DNA of 64,000 nucleotides, from assembly GCF_009914755.1 (NCBI RefSeq), contig NC_060932.1. One strand, given 5' to 3'. Below the pieces are notes generated by a model, which ran no database searches, was not told where the DNA came from, and saw nothing but the letters and a program-made list of their open reading frames with translations. Of this stretch, positions 31,412 to 45,370 are shown one piece after another. Every line of letters starts with the position of its first letter. The first letter of the stretch is position 1. Source of the stretch: the human T2T-CHM13v2.0 reference genome, Homo sapiens. Made by a program: the position numbers and the translations under genes.

Positions 31412-33264
31412 TCTCTAACATAGGTTTCAAAGGAAGCATAGGAGTTCCGAGTGGAAAAGAGACCAAGGGAGAGGCCCGTGCCAGTCCCGAAGGTGAGGGG
31501 AGGTCTGAGGGCCTCAGGATTGCTGGAACTTCCAGTGGAAGGGCACGTTGAGGGGACGCAAGTGAGATATAAGCGTTGGGTAGTTAAGAAAGGCTATTGA
31601 AATTTTCCAGACAAGAAATGTTAAGGTGCAGAACACAGTGCTCACAGAGAGGGAAAGGAGGAGGTGGATTAGAAATGAAATTTTGGAAATGAAATTATTT
31701 GCTGCCTGAGTGGCTACGCAGGAGGAGCAGGGGGACAGAGTCAATCTGGATGAGTCTTGGACTCAGGCATAAAGTGTCAGCAGTCTTGGGAGGATCCACA
31801 TCCTCACGGGAACCAGCTCCTTCAGCTAAAGGGAAAAGGTGCTTGGTGCTTCAGCCGGCCCAGAGCGTGCCCTCCATGGACACAAAGAAGCCAAGTTCTT
31901 GTTGCTAAAGGTGTTCAACAGAGAAATGTTGGAGGGCCAATTAAAGGCAAAGCCCACCACTTTATAACCACATTTTAGGCATATTAAACATTCTAGAATG
32001 TAATCATCAGACTTCTAAACTGAGCCATTTGTGTTATCCAAGAAAGTAAATCAGTGACTTATGTTTGCAGCAATATAATGAACATTATAATGGACCCCTG
32101 AAAATGCAGAGTGAATGGTAGGGAATTTGCAAGAAAGGTAGAGAAACGCTCTACCACTGGAGACAAGGTGGAGAAGCAGGTTGACATCCAAGCTGGGGAA
32201 CATCATGTTGACCGAGCATTGTGTATACACAGGGCGTGTGTGCATCTGCGTGTGTGTGCATGTGTGTATATGTGCATTCATGTGTGTGTGTATGGGAGGT
32301 GGGCCGGGACAGGGGAGTTGGAATGGAGACCAACCTGATAAAGCTGACACTCTGGAAGGGTTAGACTCCCAGGAAGAAAGTTAAGAAGGGAGAAGGATAA
32401 CATCTGCACAAAGGCAAACACAAAGCAACATCCTTTGTCAGCAACATCCTTAGGCACCTGGAAGAAGCAGACACACAACTTCCAGGAATAATGTCCCTGA
32501 ACCTGGGCTTCTGATGATTCCCACCAATATGACCATCAATTAGAATGCGTGCACACACACAATTCCAAATAAATCATCAAGACAATCATTAGGAAAAATA
32601 ACAGGACCAGATAGACCAAGACTTCAGGTGTTGGCGTCATCAGATACGGATGATACATGTTAAAAGAAATAAAAGGACGGAAAACCATGAGAACGGAACA
32701 AGAATGATAAGATGGAATTGAAAAGGAGGCAGATAGAACTTACAGAAAAAATTTTTTAAACTTAGAATTTAATATTGTTTAAAACGTTTTAGGTCCCCAC
32801 ATAAAAATAGATGGCCTGGGTAGCAAACCTAAGCCAAGGGCACCTTATGAGCTCCTTACAAGGGGCAAATTACTGCCAGCCACGAGCCCCATGAGGTTCC
32901 AGGTTCTGCATGGGTGGAAGAAGGAAACTCCAGGCAGCAGCAGACAGCTCTGGGAACACCAGAATACCACACAGCTCAAGGTTATTCTCCATCTTTTGCT
33001 CTGTATTACCAGGAAGCCCAGCAGGGCCAACTGGACGAAAGCGCTTGGGTTTTGCCCAATGCAACTGCATATAATCGAGAGCAAGGGACCCACAGCTGGA
33101 AGGGCCCAAGAGTCTGGAGCTCTCTATCTCCCATGAACTCTCAAAACTGACCCATCTGAGTGCCTGTCTGGGCCAGGGCCCTACCCCGAGGAGAAATTCC
33201 TGGGAGTAGAATCAAAATCAATCAAGACAGGCATGACAGAGACAAGAGAAAAAGAAGGTCCACA

Positions 33265-33585
33265 CCAGGCCAACAAATCCCTCTGTTATGAACCAGATAG
33301 TAAACATCGTAGGCTTTGAAGTCCAGACGGTCTTGCTGCTACTACTCGGCCCTGCGGTTATAAGGTAAAAGCAGCCACACATGACATGTAAATGAATGGG
33401 CATGGCTGTGTGCCAAAAAAACTTTATTTATGAACACTGAAGTTTGCATTGTACACAATTTTCACGTGTGACAAAATAGTATTCTTTGTTTGTTTGTTTC
33501 AACCATTTAAAAATGTAAAAAGCATTTTTAATGCACAGGCTATACAAAACTGGTGGTGGGCCAGAGTTTGATTTCTGTCTCCTGG
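33265..33585 (+). mobile_element. MER58B (hAT-Charlie)
   Basis: CCAGATAGTAAACAT...AAAGCAGCCAC...AATGAATGGGCATGGCTGTGTGCCAA...GGTGGGCCAGA. Confidence 0.8.
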
Positions 33586-33872
33586 TGTTGATGAAAGAGG
33601 CTTTGAGAAAAAGATGCAGGAAAACTCAAGACAGGATGCCATGCTGCTTTTGGACATTACCAAAAACAGCAGAAGAGGGAGCCCCGCAAAGGTAAAAGAG
33701 CGCTCCTACACCCAGCCACATCCTAAAGGCTCAGGCAAATGAATTTCCCATAAAAATAAGCAACAGAAAATATCCAAGTCAAATCCCATACAAAACTATT
33801 ATAAGAAAAAGGTCCTAAGAAGCAGAATAACAGCCCAACAGACAATAAGAGCAGACACAAAGATGTGGCCGT

Positions 33873-34483
33873 CATGGGGCTCAGAAGGCCCAAAGTGCAG
33901 CCTCAGAAGCCAAGTTTCCCCCTGACCTTCCCTTGCCCTCCTGTCTCTCACCCCTCATGCTCCCCTGAGGGAAGCTATAGAAACTAGAATTCTTCCTCTC
34001 CCGAGGTGAGTCATAAAAACCAGAACCCCTTTGCCTCAAGGCCAGCCATAAAGCCTAAAAATATGACTCTAGCCTCCCCCTGCTTTTCTGTGTAACAGCT
34101 GGCAATAAAGAAATTAAGACCCTCATTGTAGAGGGACCCTACCCTATGCCCAGGAGGAGGGAATGTGGCACAGAGAGGCTGAGAAAGATCTGAACGCAGA
34201 GGCCTTGCTGAGTTTCCCCACACCATCTATTACATTCGATCAGGACCTTTCTGTCCAGTCTTACATTTCGACATGGCTGGCTGTGCTTCATCAAATCTAA
34301 GTATAGAAATGCACAGTTCACCCTGTATCTTTGGGTCTTCATTCTGAAGGTTCCCACATCACATCAAACTATGATGAAATAAATGTGTTATACTTTTCTC
34401 ATGTTAATCTGTCTTTTGTTATAGGGGCACTGGTATGACCTTTATGATGGAGAAGAAAGTGATTACCCCCTTTCTGCCTCTGC
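33873..34483 (+). mobile_element. MER39-like solo LTR (ERV1)
   Basis: TGGGGCTCAGAA start, GCCAGCCATAAAGCCTAAAAATAT, CTTTGGGTCTTCATTCTGAAGG, AATAAA. Confidence 0.75.
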
Positions 34484-34600
34484 AGCCACAAAACAGATCA
34501 AAACCTATTTCAGAACAAGCTAACAGACTCTAAGAAAATTATGTAAGACATGAAAGTATGTGAATTGTTACAGCAATCAGAAAAGAATTAAAAAATTTAA

Positions 34601-35000
<400 letters not shown>

Positions 35001-35300
35001 GATAATGAGGAAAGTTTTAAAAGTAAAAAAGAAGTGAAAAAAAAATATGTCAGAAAAAGTGGAACATATTGAAGACAGGCAAAGGAGATAGAACATAGGA
35101 GGTCTCGAGGAAGATACCAATGCAAAGAAGAAGACTGAATACTAAAAACGACAAGAACTATACCACATTTTTAACACTGAATTTAAAAAAGGATTTGAAG
35201 CTACATATTGAAAAATTATACCACACACTCGAAAATATTGACCCCAAATGGTAAAATTACCAAACTTAAAAAAAAAAAAGAAAAAAAATCCTTTGAACAT

Positions 35301-35667
35301 TTTATTAGTTACCTAGGGCTGGCATAACAAAATACACAGCCTGGGTGGCTTAAACAAGATAAATTTGTTTGCTCACAGTTCTGAAGGCTGGAAGTCCAAG
35401 ATCAACGTGTTCGCAGGGATGATTTCTTCTATGGCCTCTCTCCTTGGCTGCAAAGGGCCATCTCATCCTGTCCTCATATGGCCTTTCCTGTGCACCTGCA
35501 TTCCTGGTGTCTCTTCCTTTTCTTTTAAGGACACCAATCATATTATATTACCAGCCCCTCTTATGGCCTTAATTACCTCCTTAAAAGCTCTGTCTCCACA
35601 TACAGTCACACTAGGGATTAGAGCTTCAACTTATAAATTTGGGTAGGATGCAATTCAGTCTACAACA
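35301..35667 (-). mobile_element. MLT1A-like MaLR LTR
   Basis: GGTGGCTTAAACAA...CTCACAGTTCTGAAGGCTGGAAGTCCAAGATCAA...CAATTCAGTCTACAACA. Confidence 0.85.
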
Positions 35668-36143
35668 GATATCCCAAACAAGTGTGTAAGGTATAAGGAA
35701 AAAAAATTAATTATCATCACGCTTGTCGACAGCAATGCTTTATGCTATGAGAAAATGAAATAGCATATTATTTATTTAACATACAATATTTATATACAAG
35801 ATAAATCATACAGAATACAAATATACAGTAATGCAAATATATACAAATAAATAATACAAATATCATGTTATTATATGCTATTACAATATACAATATTAAA
35901 ATAACATATAATAATTAACATACTCAAGGAAAGAATATATGAAACAAGAATTTTATATCTAATTAATAAAAGACAAACTGTTATCAACATGCCAGAACTC
36001 AGGGACTATTATTGCTGAGTCTTTCCTGAGAAATCTAGTCGACATCAAGCTTCAGACAATCAAAATGGAGAGAGAGATAAGTGACTTATGCAATGGTAGT
36101 AAGTAAATAGGTGGTACGCCTAGGCAACATAGGAAGATCTCAT

Positions 36144-36302
36144 GGAAAGAAGGAAGAAGGGAGGAAGGGAGGGAGGAAGGAAGGGAGGGAGGGAGGGAGG
36201 GAGGGAGGGAAAGAGAGAGAGAAAGAAAGAAAAAAAGAAAGAGAAAGAAAGAAAAAGAAAGAAAGAAGAGAGAGAAGGAAGGAAAGGAAAGGAGAGGAGA
36301 GA
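36144..36302 (+). repeat. GA-rich polypurine tract
   Basis: GGAA, GGGA and AAAG repeats. Confidence 0.9.
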
Positions 36303-36459
36303 TAAACTCCCAAATTTTTAAATGGTCAAAGATAAAAAACATTTTATGAAAACATAATCTGCTAATTAGAGGCTGCAGTGTGCTATGATGGCACCACTGT
36401 GCTACAGCCTTGGCAACAGAGCAAGACCCTGTCTCTGAAAAAAATTTTAAAAAATAACA

Positions 36460-37255
36460 AATTAGACACAGCTCAAAAGAGAATTTGTAAACTGGAAATT
36501 ATATCCAAAGACATTGCTCAGGATGCGTAACAGAAAGACAAATTAAAAATACGCAAGAGAAGTTAAGAAAATGAAAAATAAAGTCCAACATATATTCATT
36601 TTAAGTTTCAGAATTAAATAGTAGAGTAACAGCAAGACAGCAGTATTTAAAGAATATTTAATAGACTAAGAAATAATGGCCAAGAATTTTTCAGAGTTCA
36701 GGAAGCAATATAATATATCAAGCAAGAGAAATAAATTAAATTCATACATGATGAAATACATAGATGAAATTCATAAATAGATTAAATTCATACATAGATA
36801 AAATAGTGAAAAAACAGATTATCTACAAAAGAATGTCAATAAGACTGACAGGAGTCTTTTTAATAACAATGGAACATGGAAGAAAGTGAAATACCTTCAA
36901 TGTGCTAGAAAATAATTATAGATTTAAAAATCACAAATCCAGTGAAACTACCAAAAATGAGGTAGAATAAAGGCACTTTGAGATAAACAGAAATTGAGAC
37001 TGTTTGCCACCAAACTTAAAGGCACATTTAAATGATGTACTTCAGGAAGAATGAGACGCTCCCAGAAAGAAAGTCTGAAATGCAATGACGTTTGGCAGCT
37101 AAACAAAATGGTAAACATATGACTAATCTAAATACATATTAAGCAGATACTGATAATTACACAATCTGTGAGGTTAAAAACAGAGATTGATTCAAAATAT
37201 TGTATCCCAGTAGCACACAAGCTAGAAGCAGTGATCAACGGAGGAAAACCATTCT
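36460..37255 (+). mobile_element. Old L1M ORF1-region relic
   Basis: A-rich; GAAATAATGGCCAAGAATTTTTCAGA, ACCTTCAATGTGCT. Confidence 0.55.
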
Positions 37256-37259
37256 AAGA

Positions 37260-37765
37260 CAAGGTCTCCAACCCCTGGGCCACCAACGGATATGTTAGGA
37301 ACTGGGCTGCACAGCAAGAGTTAGGAGCCGTGGGCAGGCAAATGAGCGAAACTTCATCTGTATTTACAGCTACTCCCCACTGCTCACATTACCACCTGAG
37401 CTCCACCTCCCATCAGATCAGCGGTGGCATTAGATTCTCATAGGAGTGTGAACCCTATTGTGAACTGTGCATGCAAGGGATCTAGGTTGCATGCTCCTTA
37501 TGAGAATCTAATGCCTGCTGATCTGTCACTGTCTCCCATCACCCCCAGATAGGACCATCCAGTTGCAGGAAAACAAGCTCAGGACACCCACTGATTCTAT
37601 ATGATGGTGAGTTGTATAATTATTTCATTATATATTACAATGTAATAATAATAGAAATGAAGTGCCCAATAAATGTAATGTGCTGGAATCATCCTGAAAC
37701 CATCCCCCTGCACCCTGGTCCATGGAAAAACTGGTCCCTGGCGCCAAAAAGGCTGGGGACCACTG
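37260..37765 (+). mobile_element. MER1A (hAT-Charlie)
   Basis: CAAGGTCTCCAACCCC...GGCTGGGGACCACTG termini; GGCATTAGATTCTCATAGGAG internal inverted repeat; diverged 8-bp TSD TTCTAAGA/TCCTAAAA. Confidence 0.9.
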
Positions 37766-40619
37766 TCCTAAAATCTTTGTGTTATTCAGAAGGATGGTAA
37801 ATAGTCCTTCACTGTAGACTGTTAAGTATATATAAACAATTTCCAAGATAATCATTAAAAGAAAAGAAGTATAATACACATCTCCCAAAGCTGTAAAGAA
37901 AAATAAATGGAATACAAAAGCAAATGAAAAATTGTAGCTGACACTGTCCTTTGAGCAAACAGAGGTTTAGAATTAGTCAACCAATAAGCCTCTTGAGATT
38001 TTCCATGAGAGCTTAGGATGGTATTTGACTGTTTAGAAGAGGCACGCGAGTGGCTGTCTTTTTGATAGACAAAGAGGACAATTAAATGGAAGGAACAGTT
38101 CCTTAGGCATTCCTAGTTGGAGCTGTAATTTATGAACATTTGATACATCCCCGATTATTCAAATATTTTGTATTAATTTTTAAATCTGCACCCAATTTAA
38201 AAGTTCCATGGGTAGCTTCAGCAGGGAAAATGGACTTTTGATGGTTACATCCTTCTCTCCACCACCCCATCTCCTGCCCCCGAATCCTCCACTGCCCCCC
38301 TCGCTGTCTGAATGATGCTTATGGGAGCACCTGACGGCCAGGCAGGGCAGTGCTCCTGTGTCCAGGACGGGGGCTGCTAGTGGAGACTGCTTAGACATTT
38401 TAACAGTGAGAAAAGATATTTTATGTTTGGAATTTAACAGAGATTTTGGTTGATAGCATGAGGGCTCCCTTTAGCCCTCCTGATCCTCTAATTCAACGAG
38501 AAAATTTCCCTCACCATTTCTCCCCAGTCACAGTTTCTTTGTATTTTTCCAAAATTTTAACTGAGTTATCGGTTGTCTTCTTCAGTTTTACATTGTAATT
38601 TTGGCAGATAATTTCTTTGGCAGATAATCCAGGAGATAATAACTCCTGGACCAGCGGATTTTACCAAGAGGTTCTCATTTCTTTGGTTCTAGAGAACAGC
38701 CGCAAAATGTCAAATCCTCTAGTCTTTCTGACCAGCTGGATGCCATAGTTGTTGACAGACTGCTGCCTAGAAGTAAAAGAATTCAAAAGAAATCACTCAT
38801 TTCTGCATCTCAACAGTTACAAAACACCAACAGCCCCCAAATTACAGGGTATTATATAAGTCAATGAACCAAGCATTTGGGATTCTACAGAAACACTGTC
38901 TCAGCGGGTACTGGCTTCCTGGCCTGACCATTATATAACTATTATCCATAGCATAATTGAGGTGCTGTATATTTGAAATAAATGATAAAAAAATGCTGTA
39001 GATTATCCGTTTTTCTTAGCCATTTTTTCCAATAAGACATAGCCCACAGGGCCCTGGATAACTAACCTAGGCCTCCTCCATTTTTTTGCCAGGCCATTTA
39101 GACTTTCTCCTAAACTGACTACTGGCCTGAGGGAGGGTGTGGAGATGGGAGGAGCTGGTCCCATTGGGTGGACACTGTGTCGAGTTGGGAGGAGGGTCTG
39201 TGGCCTCCCCACAAGAAAGGCACCTTCTCTCTGCAGCTCCACCCACACCCTTTAGAGGGAGCAAGAAAAGGAAGCAGTCAGGCAATAACTGAACCCCACT
39301 GGCCTGCAGGGCAGCCAGTCAGTGGGCAGACATAGGGGCCATAGTGGGCCAGGGCCCCCCATTCTTAGGGGCAGACATAGGGGCCATAGTTGGCTGGGCA
39401 GGGGGTCGGGGGTGGAGGGTGGTGCAGGGTGGAGGGAGAAAAGGCAATTCCCACAGGATGACCTGCAGATCCTCCAAGCATCTGAAGATTGGGAGGGACC
39501 GAACATTTCACCCAGGTCAATCATTCTTGCCTCCCCACCCAGAGTTCAAACTTCTGATAAAATATTCAGTTTTAGCTCAAATACTTCCAATGTCCTGGCT
39601 GCTCCCATTCGGGGGACCACTGGGATGGCAGAGCTTGAGAGGATTAAGACTTGGGGGATTAAGAAATGGAGCCAGGTTGCAGTGGCCCTAGGAAGAAAAG
39701 AGAGCAGAGGGAGTGGATGTGGGAGGAATCAGGGCTTCTGCAGTAGAAAAGGAAGTGGATTAGGAAAGTGTTCCAGAATATGGGTGTTCCCAATGCCCGA
39801 GGAACAATGGGTAGGTAGAGACACAGGCCTCAGGATCCCAGGTCGGCAGTGTGGCTGCCAGGATGCCCTCGTGTTTTCCAGCCTGGAATATGGGTAGCCC
39901 AAGCCCTCTTTCTAGTTTCCTCCACACCCCTGCAGAGGCACAGTGAGGTTCATGTGGCCAAGCGCTCCAAGAAGCAGTGCAGCTATGACTTTACAGGGGA
40001 GGTGATGCCAGCAAAGGCATGACACACTCCATGGGGGCAAAGGTTGCCAGGACAACCTCTGCAAGGACAACCTCTCCCACAGCCAGGGTCTGAAGGGGAT
40101 AAAAGAAGCTCTCTGAGGGCTAAGAGTGATGTGCCTGGGAAAAGAAGTGTGGTGTATGCCAGGCCAGTGCCCCCGAACCCCCAGCACGGGGGCTACTGTG
40201 GTACATGGGAAGTCCACCCGCCAACTTGGCTGCAAGATGCCCAACCCTTTTCAGCTCCCCCAACCACTGAGCCACTGCCTCAGAAAGAGCTTCAGGTCTT
40301 TTGAGTGCACCCAGGCGAGTGGGGAAGACAAAGGGTAAATGAGTCCCTTCTTCCAATGAGACCCAGAAAAGTAGCAAGGGGTCTGTTAGTCCTAGAATGG
40401 CAGAGGTGGGATGGGATCTGAGGTCCTGCATCCTCAGCTCTCTATCAGTGTTTGTCAGAGATACAGGGACATCCCCTGTGCCTGCAACTCAATGAGGCAC
40501 CATATAAATAATACAAAGGGCAGGGAGAGGTTGAAGATGCAAGAAAACACTTAAGTTCTTCTCTTTCTCTCCTCTCTTCATTGGAAGAAATATAAGATTT
40601 GGATCACAAAGACTGGAAC

Positions 40620-41420
40620 AGACTTAAAGGGAGAAAGGACAGGACAGATTAAGTAGGGGTGAAATTTTAAGGCAATATGAGAATAAAAAAGAAACGTAAA
40701 CATTCAGATAAGTAATAGGCAGCTCAGACAAGAGTGAAAAAGTGAAGAGGGGAAAATATTTGAAGAAGTAGTTCAGATCAGTTTCCCAGAATGAAAAGAC
40801 TGACCTCAGATTTAAAGGACTCGTAGAGCACCACAAAAGAGAATAAGGAAAACCTCACCTACACGTACTAAACTGAAATGTAAGAGCATGAAAAAAACAG
40901 AGAAATTCTAAAAGCCCACAGAAAGAAAGAAAGAAAGAGGCTATATGAAAGAACAAGAATCAGCTTGATATCATCTTTGTTAACAGCAACAATGGATGCA
41001 AGATAACTGGAATCTTATTTTCGACATACTGATGGAAAAGAACTTAAAAATGTAGAATTTTATATCCAGCCAAACTATCATTCAAATAAGATGAGATGAT
41101 GAATTTCCTCAGGCATACAAGTGCTTTCAAGATTTTGTAGAAAAGGTCACATTGAAAATAGTTTTGAAAAACTAACTAAAAAGTGAGGGAAATTCAAGAG
41201 ATATTCCAAGAAATTCTTGAAGGAAAAATGACTTTATACCTTAGTAGAGTTGTTATCTTTACAAATTGATAAGACTAACAAGAAAAAATACATCCTTACA
41301 ACTAAGAATTAAAAGTTAGTTAATGCCAATATTAATGGGTTGGCAGAAGATGGCAAGAACAAAAGATATGAGAGCATACTAAAGTTCTTGTCTTATTAGA
41401 AGATACTTGTAGATATCAAA
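40620..41420 (+). mobile_element. Old L1M ORF1-region relic
   Basis: AGAATTTTATATCCAGCCAAACTATCATTCAA motif. Confidence 0.6.
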
Positions 41421-41429
41421 CTGGTTTAA

Positions 41430-42678
41430 AAGAAGCTCAAACCTAAGACCTGTAATTAGAAAACTTCTAGAAGAAAACAGGGGAAACACTCCAGGATGTT
41501 GGTCTAGGCAAAGAGTTTATGGTTAAGACCTCAAAAGCATAAGCAACAAAATCAAAAATAGACAAATGGGACTATATTAAACTAAAAAGCTTAGGTACTT
41601 CAAAGAAAACAACAAAGTGAAGAGACAACCTGTCTCTGATCATTTGAATATTGGCCAAACTTCACCTGATGAGGGGCTAACACCCAGAATATACAAGGAA
41701 CTCAACTCAACAACAACAAAAATAATTCCATTAAAAACTGGGCCAAGAATCTGAATAGACACTTCTGAAAAGAAGACACACGAATAGCCAACAGGTACAT
41801 GAAAACATGCTCAGCATCACTAATCATCAGGGAAATGCAAATCAAACCCACAATGAGATATCATCTCATCCAAGTTAAAATGGCTATTATAAAAAAGTAG
41901 AGATGCTGGCAAAAATATGGAGAAAAGGGAACCCTGTACAGAAAACAGTATAGAGATGTCCCAAAAAAACTAAAAATAGAACTACCAAACGATCCAGCAT
42001 TCCCACTACTGGATATTTATGCAAAGGAAAAGAAATCAGTATATCAAAGTACTGCCATGTTTACTGCTGTGCTTTCCACAGTAGCAAAGATATAGAACTA
42101 AACTAAGTGTCCACCAATGGATGAATGAATAAAGAAAATGTGGTCTGCATACATAATAACATACCATTTGGCCATAAAAAAGAATAGAATTTTGTCATTT
42201 GCAATAACATGAATGGAACTGGAAGTCATTAAGTGAAAAAAGGCAGGCACAGAAAGATAAGTGTCGCATGATCTCACTCAAATGCAGGAGCTACAAATGT
42301 GGACCTCATGAAGCTAAAGAGTAGAATGATGGATACCAAAGGCTGGGAAGGACGTATGTGTTGCAGGGTGGGGTTGGGGGTGGGGGATGATGAGAGGAAA
42401 GTCAATGAGTACAAACATACAATTATGTAGAAAGAGTAAGTTCTAATGTTTAATGGCATAGTAGGGTGACTATAGTCAACAATGTATTGTATATTTCAAA
42501 ATAGCTAGAAAAGGCTTTGAAATGGTTCCATCACACATGGTTACTCCTCGAAGTGATGGATATCCTAACCTAACCTGATCATTATCTACTCTATGCATGT
42601 ACCATAATATCCCATGTGCCCCACAAATACGTACAAATCTTATATATCAATAAAAAAGAAAAATTAAAAGAAAAGAAA
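41430..42678 (+). mobile_element. L1MA 3' end
   Basis: ORF2 tail plus L1MA 3' UTR (GTATTGTATATTTCAAAATAGCTAGAA) and an A-rich tail. Confidence 0.88.
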
Positions 42679-43099
42679 TAGACTGAGTGGGGCTGGTGGC
42701 CCTCCCACCTACACTGGCTTCAGCACTGACTTGACCCAGTGGTATTACCTGCAAAGAGGTGCCCACGCAAAACTGCAAAGCCAGAGTGGTTTCCCAGTCC
42801 CTCTCCCTGGCCCTTTATGAGACTCCTCCTTCCATCTCCCTTGTGTGGCCCCATAGGGCTTGCTGGGGTCAGCACCCTGCTCAGGCCAGCCTGTAATGTC
42901 CAGAGTTTGTTCCCAAATCAGAACTAGCATTCCTTGACCATCTTCATCAATGATCTGAGGAAAGTTAAGTCACACTGAGGTTAAAAAGTCAACTGCATTT
43001 TAAGAGATTAGTAGCACAGATGAAAGGGACTAACAGGCCCCTTTCTGTGTGGGGAAGCTTTCCTTAATTACCTCATTCAATCCGCAGAACCACTATTAG

Positions 43100-43215
43100 A
43101 GAAGAAGAAATGCCTGCTATTAAGGGTTAAGTAACTTGCCCAAGGTCACCCACGTCTAAGTAGCAGAGGGGAGATTCAAATTCCATCTCTCTGGTTCCAA
43201 AGCCTATGTTCTTTC
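43100..43215 (-). mobile_element. MIR core
   Basis: GGTTAAGTAACTTGCCCAAGGTCAC. Confidence 0.75.
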
Positions 43216-44449
43216 CAAATAAATTCCCGAAAGACAGAATGAGTGAGAGGACTCTCTTTTTCAGGATGGAAAGGCTCTTCATCTGTCAGTGACTTCCGCT
43301 TCACAGTATTTTGCGTCCCGTAGCCCCCTACTTCGTCCGTAGTGAAACCAAGGCATGGGATTAGTGTTGCAGCCACATACCACTCTCTGGCACCCCAGGG
43401 AAATCTCTGTAACAGAGTCTTTACTTGGAAGAGGGGAACGTGGGTTGGCACAAGAAAAGCACAATCGCAAATCACGAATGTGCCAGCCCCAAGTGCTTGC
43501 TACATCTTGACTGGTACACAATTTCCTTTCTGGAGTGCCCACTTGAGATGCTTGCCAGCAGGTACCAATGAAACCAGGATAACTCACAACAGCTTCTGAG
43601 GGAAAATGGGAGGATTTAAATCAGTGTAGTACATTTAGTTGTTCCCATATGAATGTTCTTAAACCAAAATGCTAACTCTGAGATTATTTAGAATTAACTA
43701 ATAATATATACTACCTTTGCCAAAGGTAACTTACCCCCAAGATAACTTATCCAATGGGGGTAAAAATAACAAACGAATTAAATATAATGGCTGCATGCTT
43801 TTCATGAAATGAATTAGATTCTCAAAGTATAGGCAAAAAAATATAGTCATGGATAGACGAGAAAATTTAAAATGATGTAAAAAATTAAATATTCCATCTA
43901 AATCTAATTATGTTAATACAATAAAACTAAGTTGAAGGGATTTAGTGAGGGAAGTGGAGTTCAGAATCTCACATAAGTTCACAGTTAAAACTCTAAGAAA
44001 TATGTCACATTATTTACTGTTTTCAAATTTAATATATCTTCAGCTAACCATGATATTCAGAGACAGGAATGTCATAGTTTTCTGAATTCCCTGGTTAATA
44101 TTGTTAACCAGAAACCCTGCTTGAGTTCAATCCACCTTTTTGAAAATCTTTCAAAAATTTTTCTTTGTTTTCTTGTCCTAGTAAATACACTGTACTCACC
44201 AGAAATCTTTATTCCAGAACCTCAGAATTATTGTACCATGTTGTTTGTAGAAAGTCTATGAGATAGGGCTAAATTTGTAGCAACCCTGGAACACAGCCTG
44301 TTGCTTTTTAGATAAATGTCTGATAGGAATACACTGAGTTGTGAGTAAACTCTTCCAAGTAGAAATGTGGGAAGTAAAACCAAGGGATCTATTTGAAGTT
44401 TCAGTGAGTCCCATCTCAGTAAATCAAGGCCCCCTCAAGTTTTCCAATT

Positions 44450-45370
44450 CGATTAAATACACATTGTCTAAGCACCTACTTGACATGGAGGCTTAAAAAA
44501 ATAGGTATAATCCTTGCACGTGAGCAGCTCAGAAACCAGGATAAACAAATAGCTGTCATTGAGTCTGTCACATAGAAGTATATCAAGTGCAGTCAGGATA
44601 AGTATTAAATTGGATGAAGGATTAAGAAGGAAGAATGGGAAAGAGCATTAGGGCAGATGGCACTTGGATTGGTCTAGAAAACGTGTAAGAGATTTCTGGA
44701 CAGAGCAAAGGGGGAGAGGCCATTCTGGAAGAAGGTAATAACACTGATAAAGACATCTAGATAGAGGTATCTAGATGGCACTTACAGAAGTAGTAATTTA
44801 CCCAACCATGTAGACCAGAGTGTGTGGTGTGAGAAGCAGACAGGATGGCTGTGATGCCAGAAATGGGGACTGGAATGAGTTAGTGAAAAGCTGGATATTT
44901 CATGCTAATACAGCTTGTCTGAATTTAGTGAGCACTGGCAAGCTATCAATAGCTTTCATGCCCGAGAATGGAGAGAGTCAATTTGTGTTTGGGAAGGTCA
45001 TTCTGATAAGAGTGTGGTAGATGGCTTGGGTGGGGCAAGACTGGAGACCAAAAGATGTATTGGGTTATGGCAAGTGGCTGTTTAGAGATTATGAGCATCT
45101 GGACTAGGGCTGCGGCAGCAAGGATGGAAGGGAAGAGAGAGATCAGGGCACCTTTTTGAAGTAAGATCAAAAGGACTTACCAATTGCCTGATTTAGATGG
45201 CAGGGAGTCCAAGTGGGTAGATGGATAGTTTTACTTCCATAAAATAAGGAAGACAGAGGATGAAGAGGCTTAGAAATGAGATTATTAATTTGAATTTGCA
45301 CTAGATAAATCTGAGGTGCCCAGAGCGTGTTTAAATGGAGATCTCTAGGAGGGAGTTCAATCATGAATCC
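44450..45370 (-). mobile_element. L2 relic
   Basis: AAGCACCTACT, TTTGGGAAGGTCATTCTG, GGCAAGACTGGAG; degenerate. Confidence 0.55.

Noticed and set aside
39322-39897. 191-aa ORF in unique G-rich sequence
   Set aside because: Non-ATG start, no recognisable domain, no splice context; length plausible by chance in GC-rich DNA.
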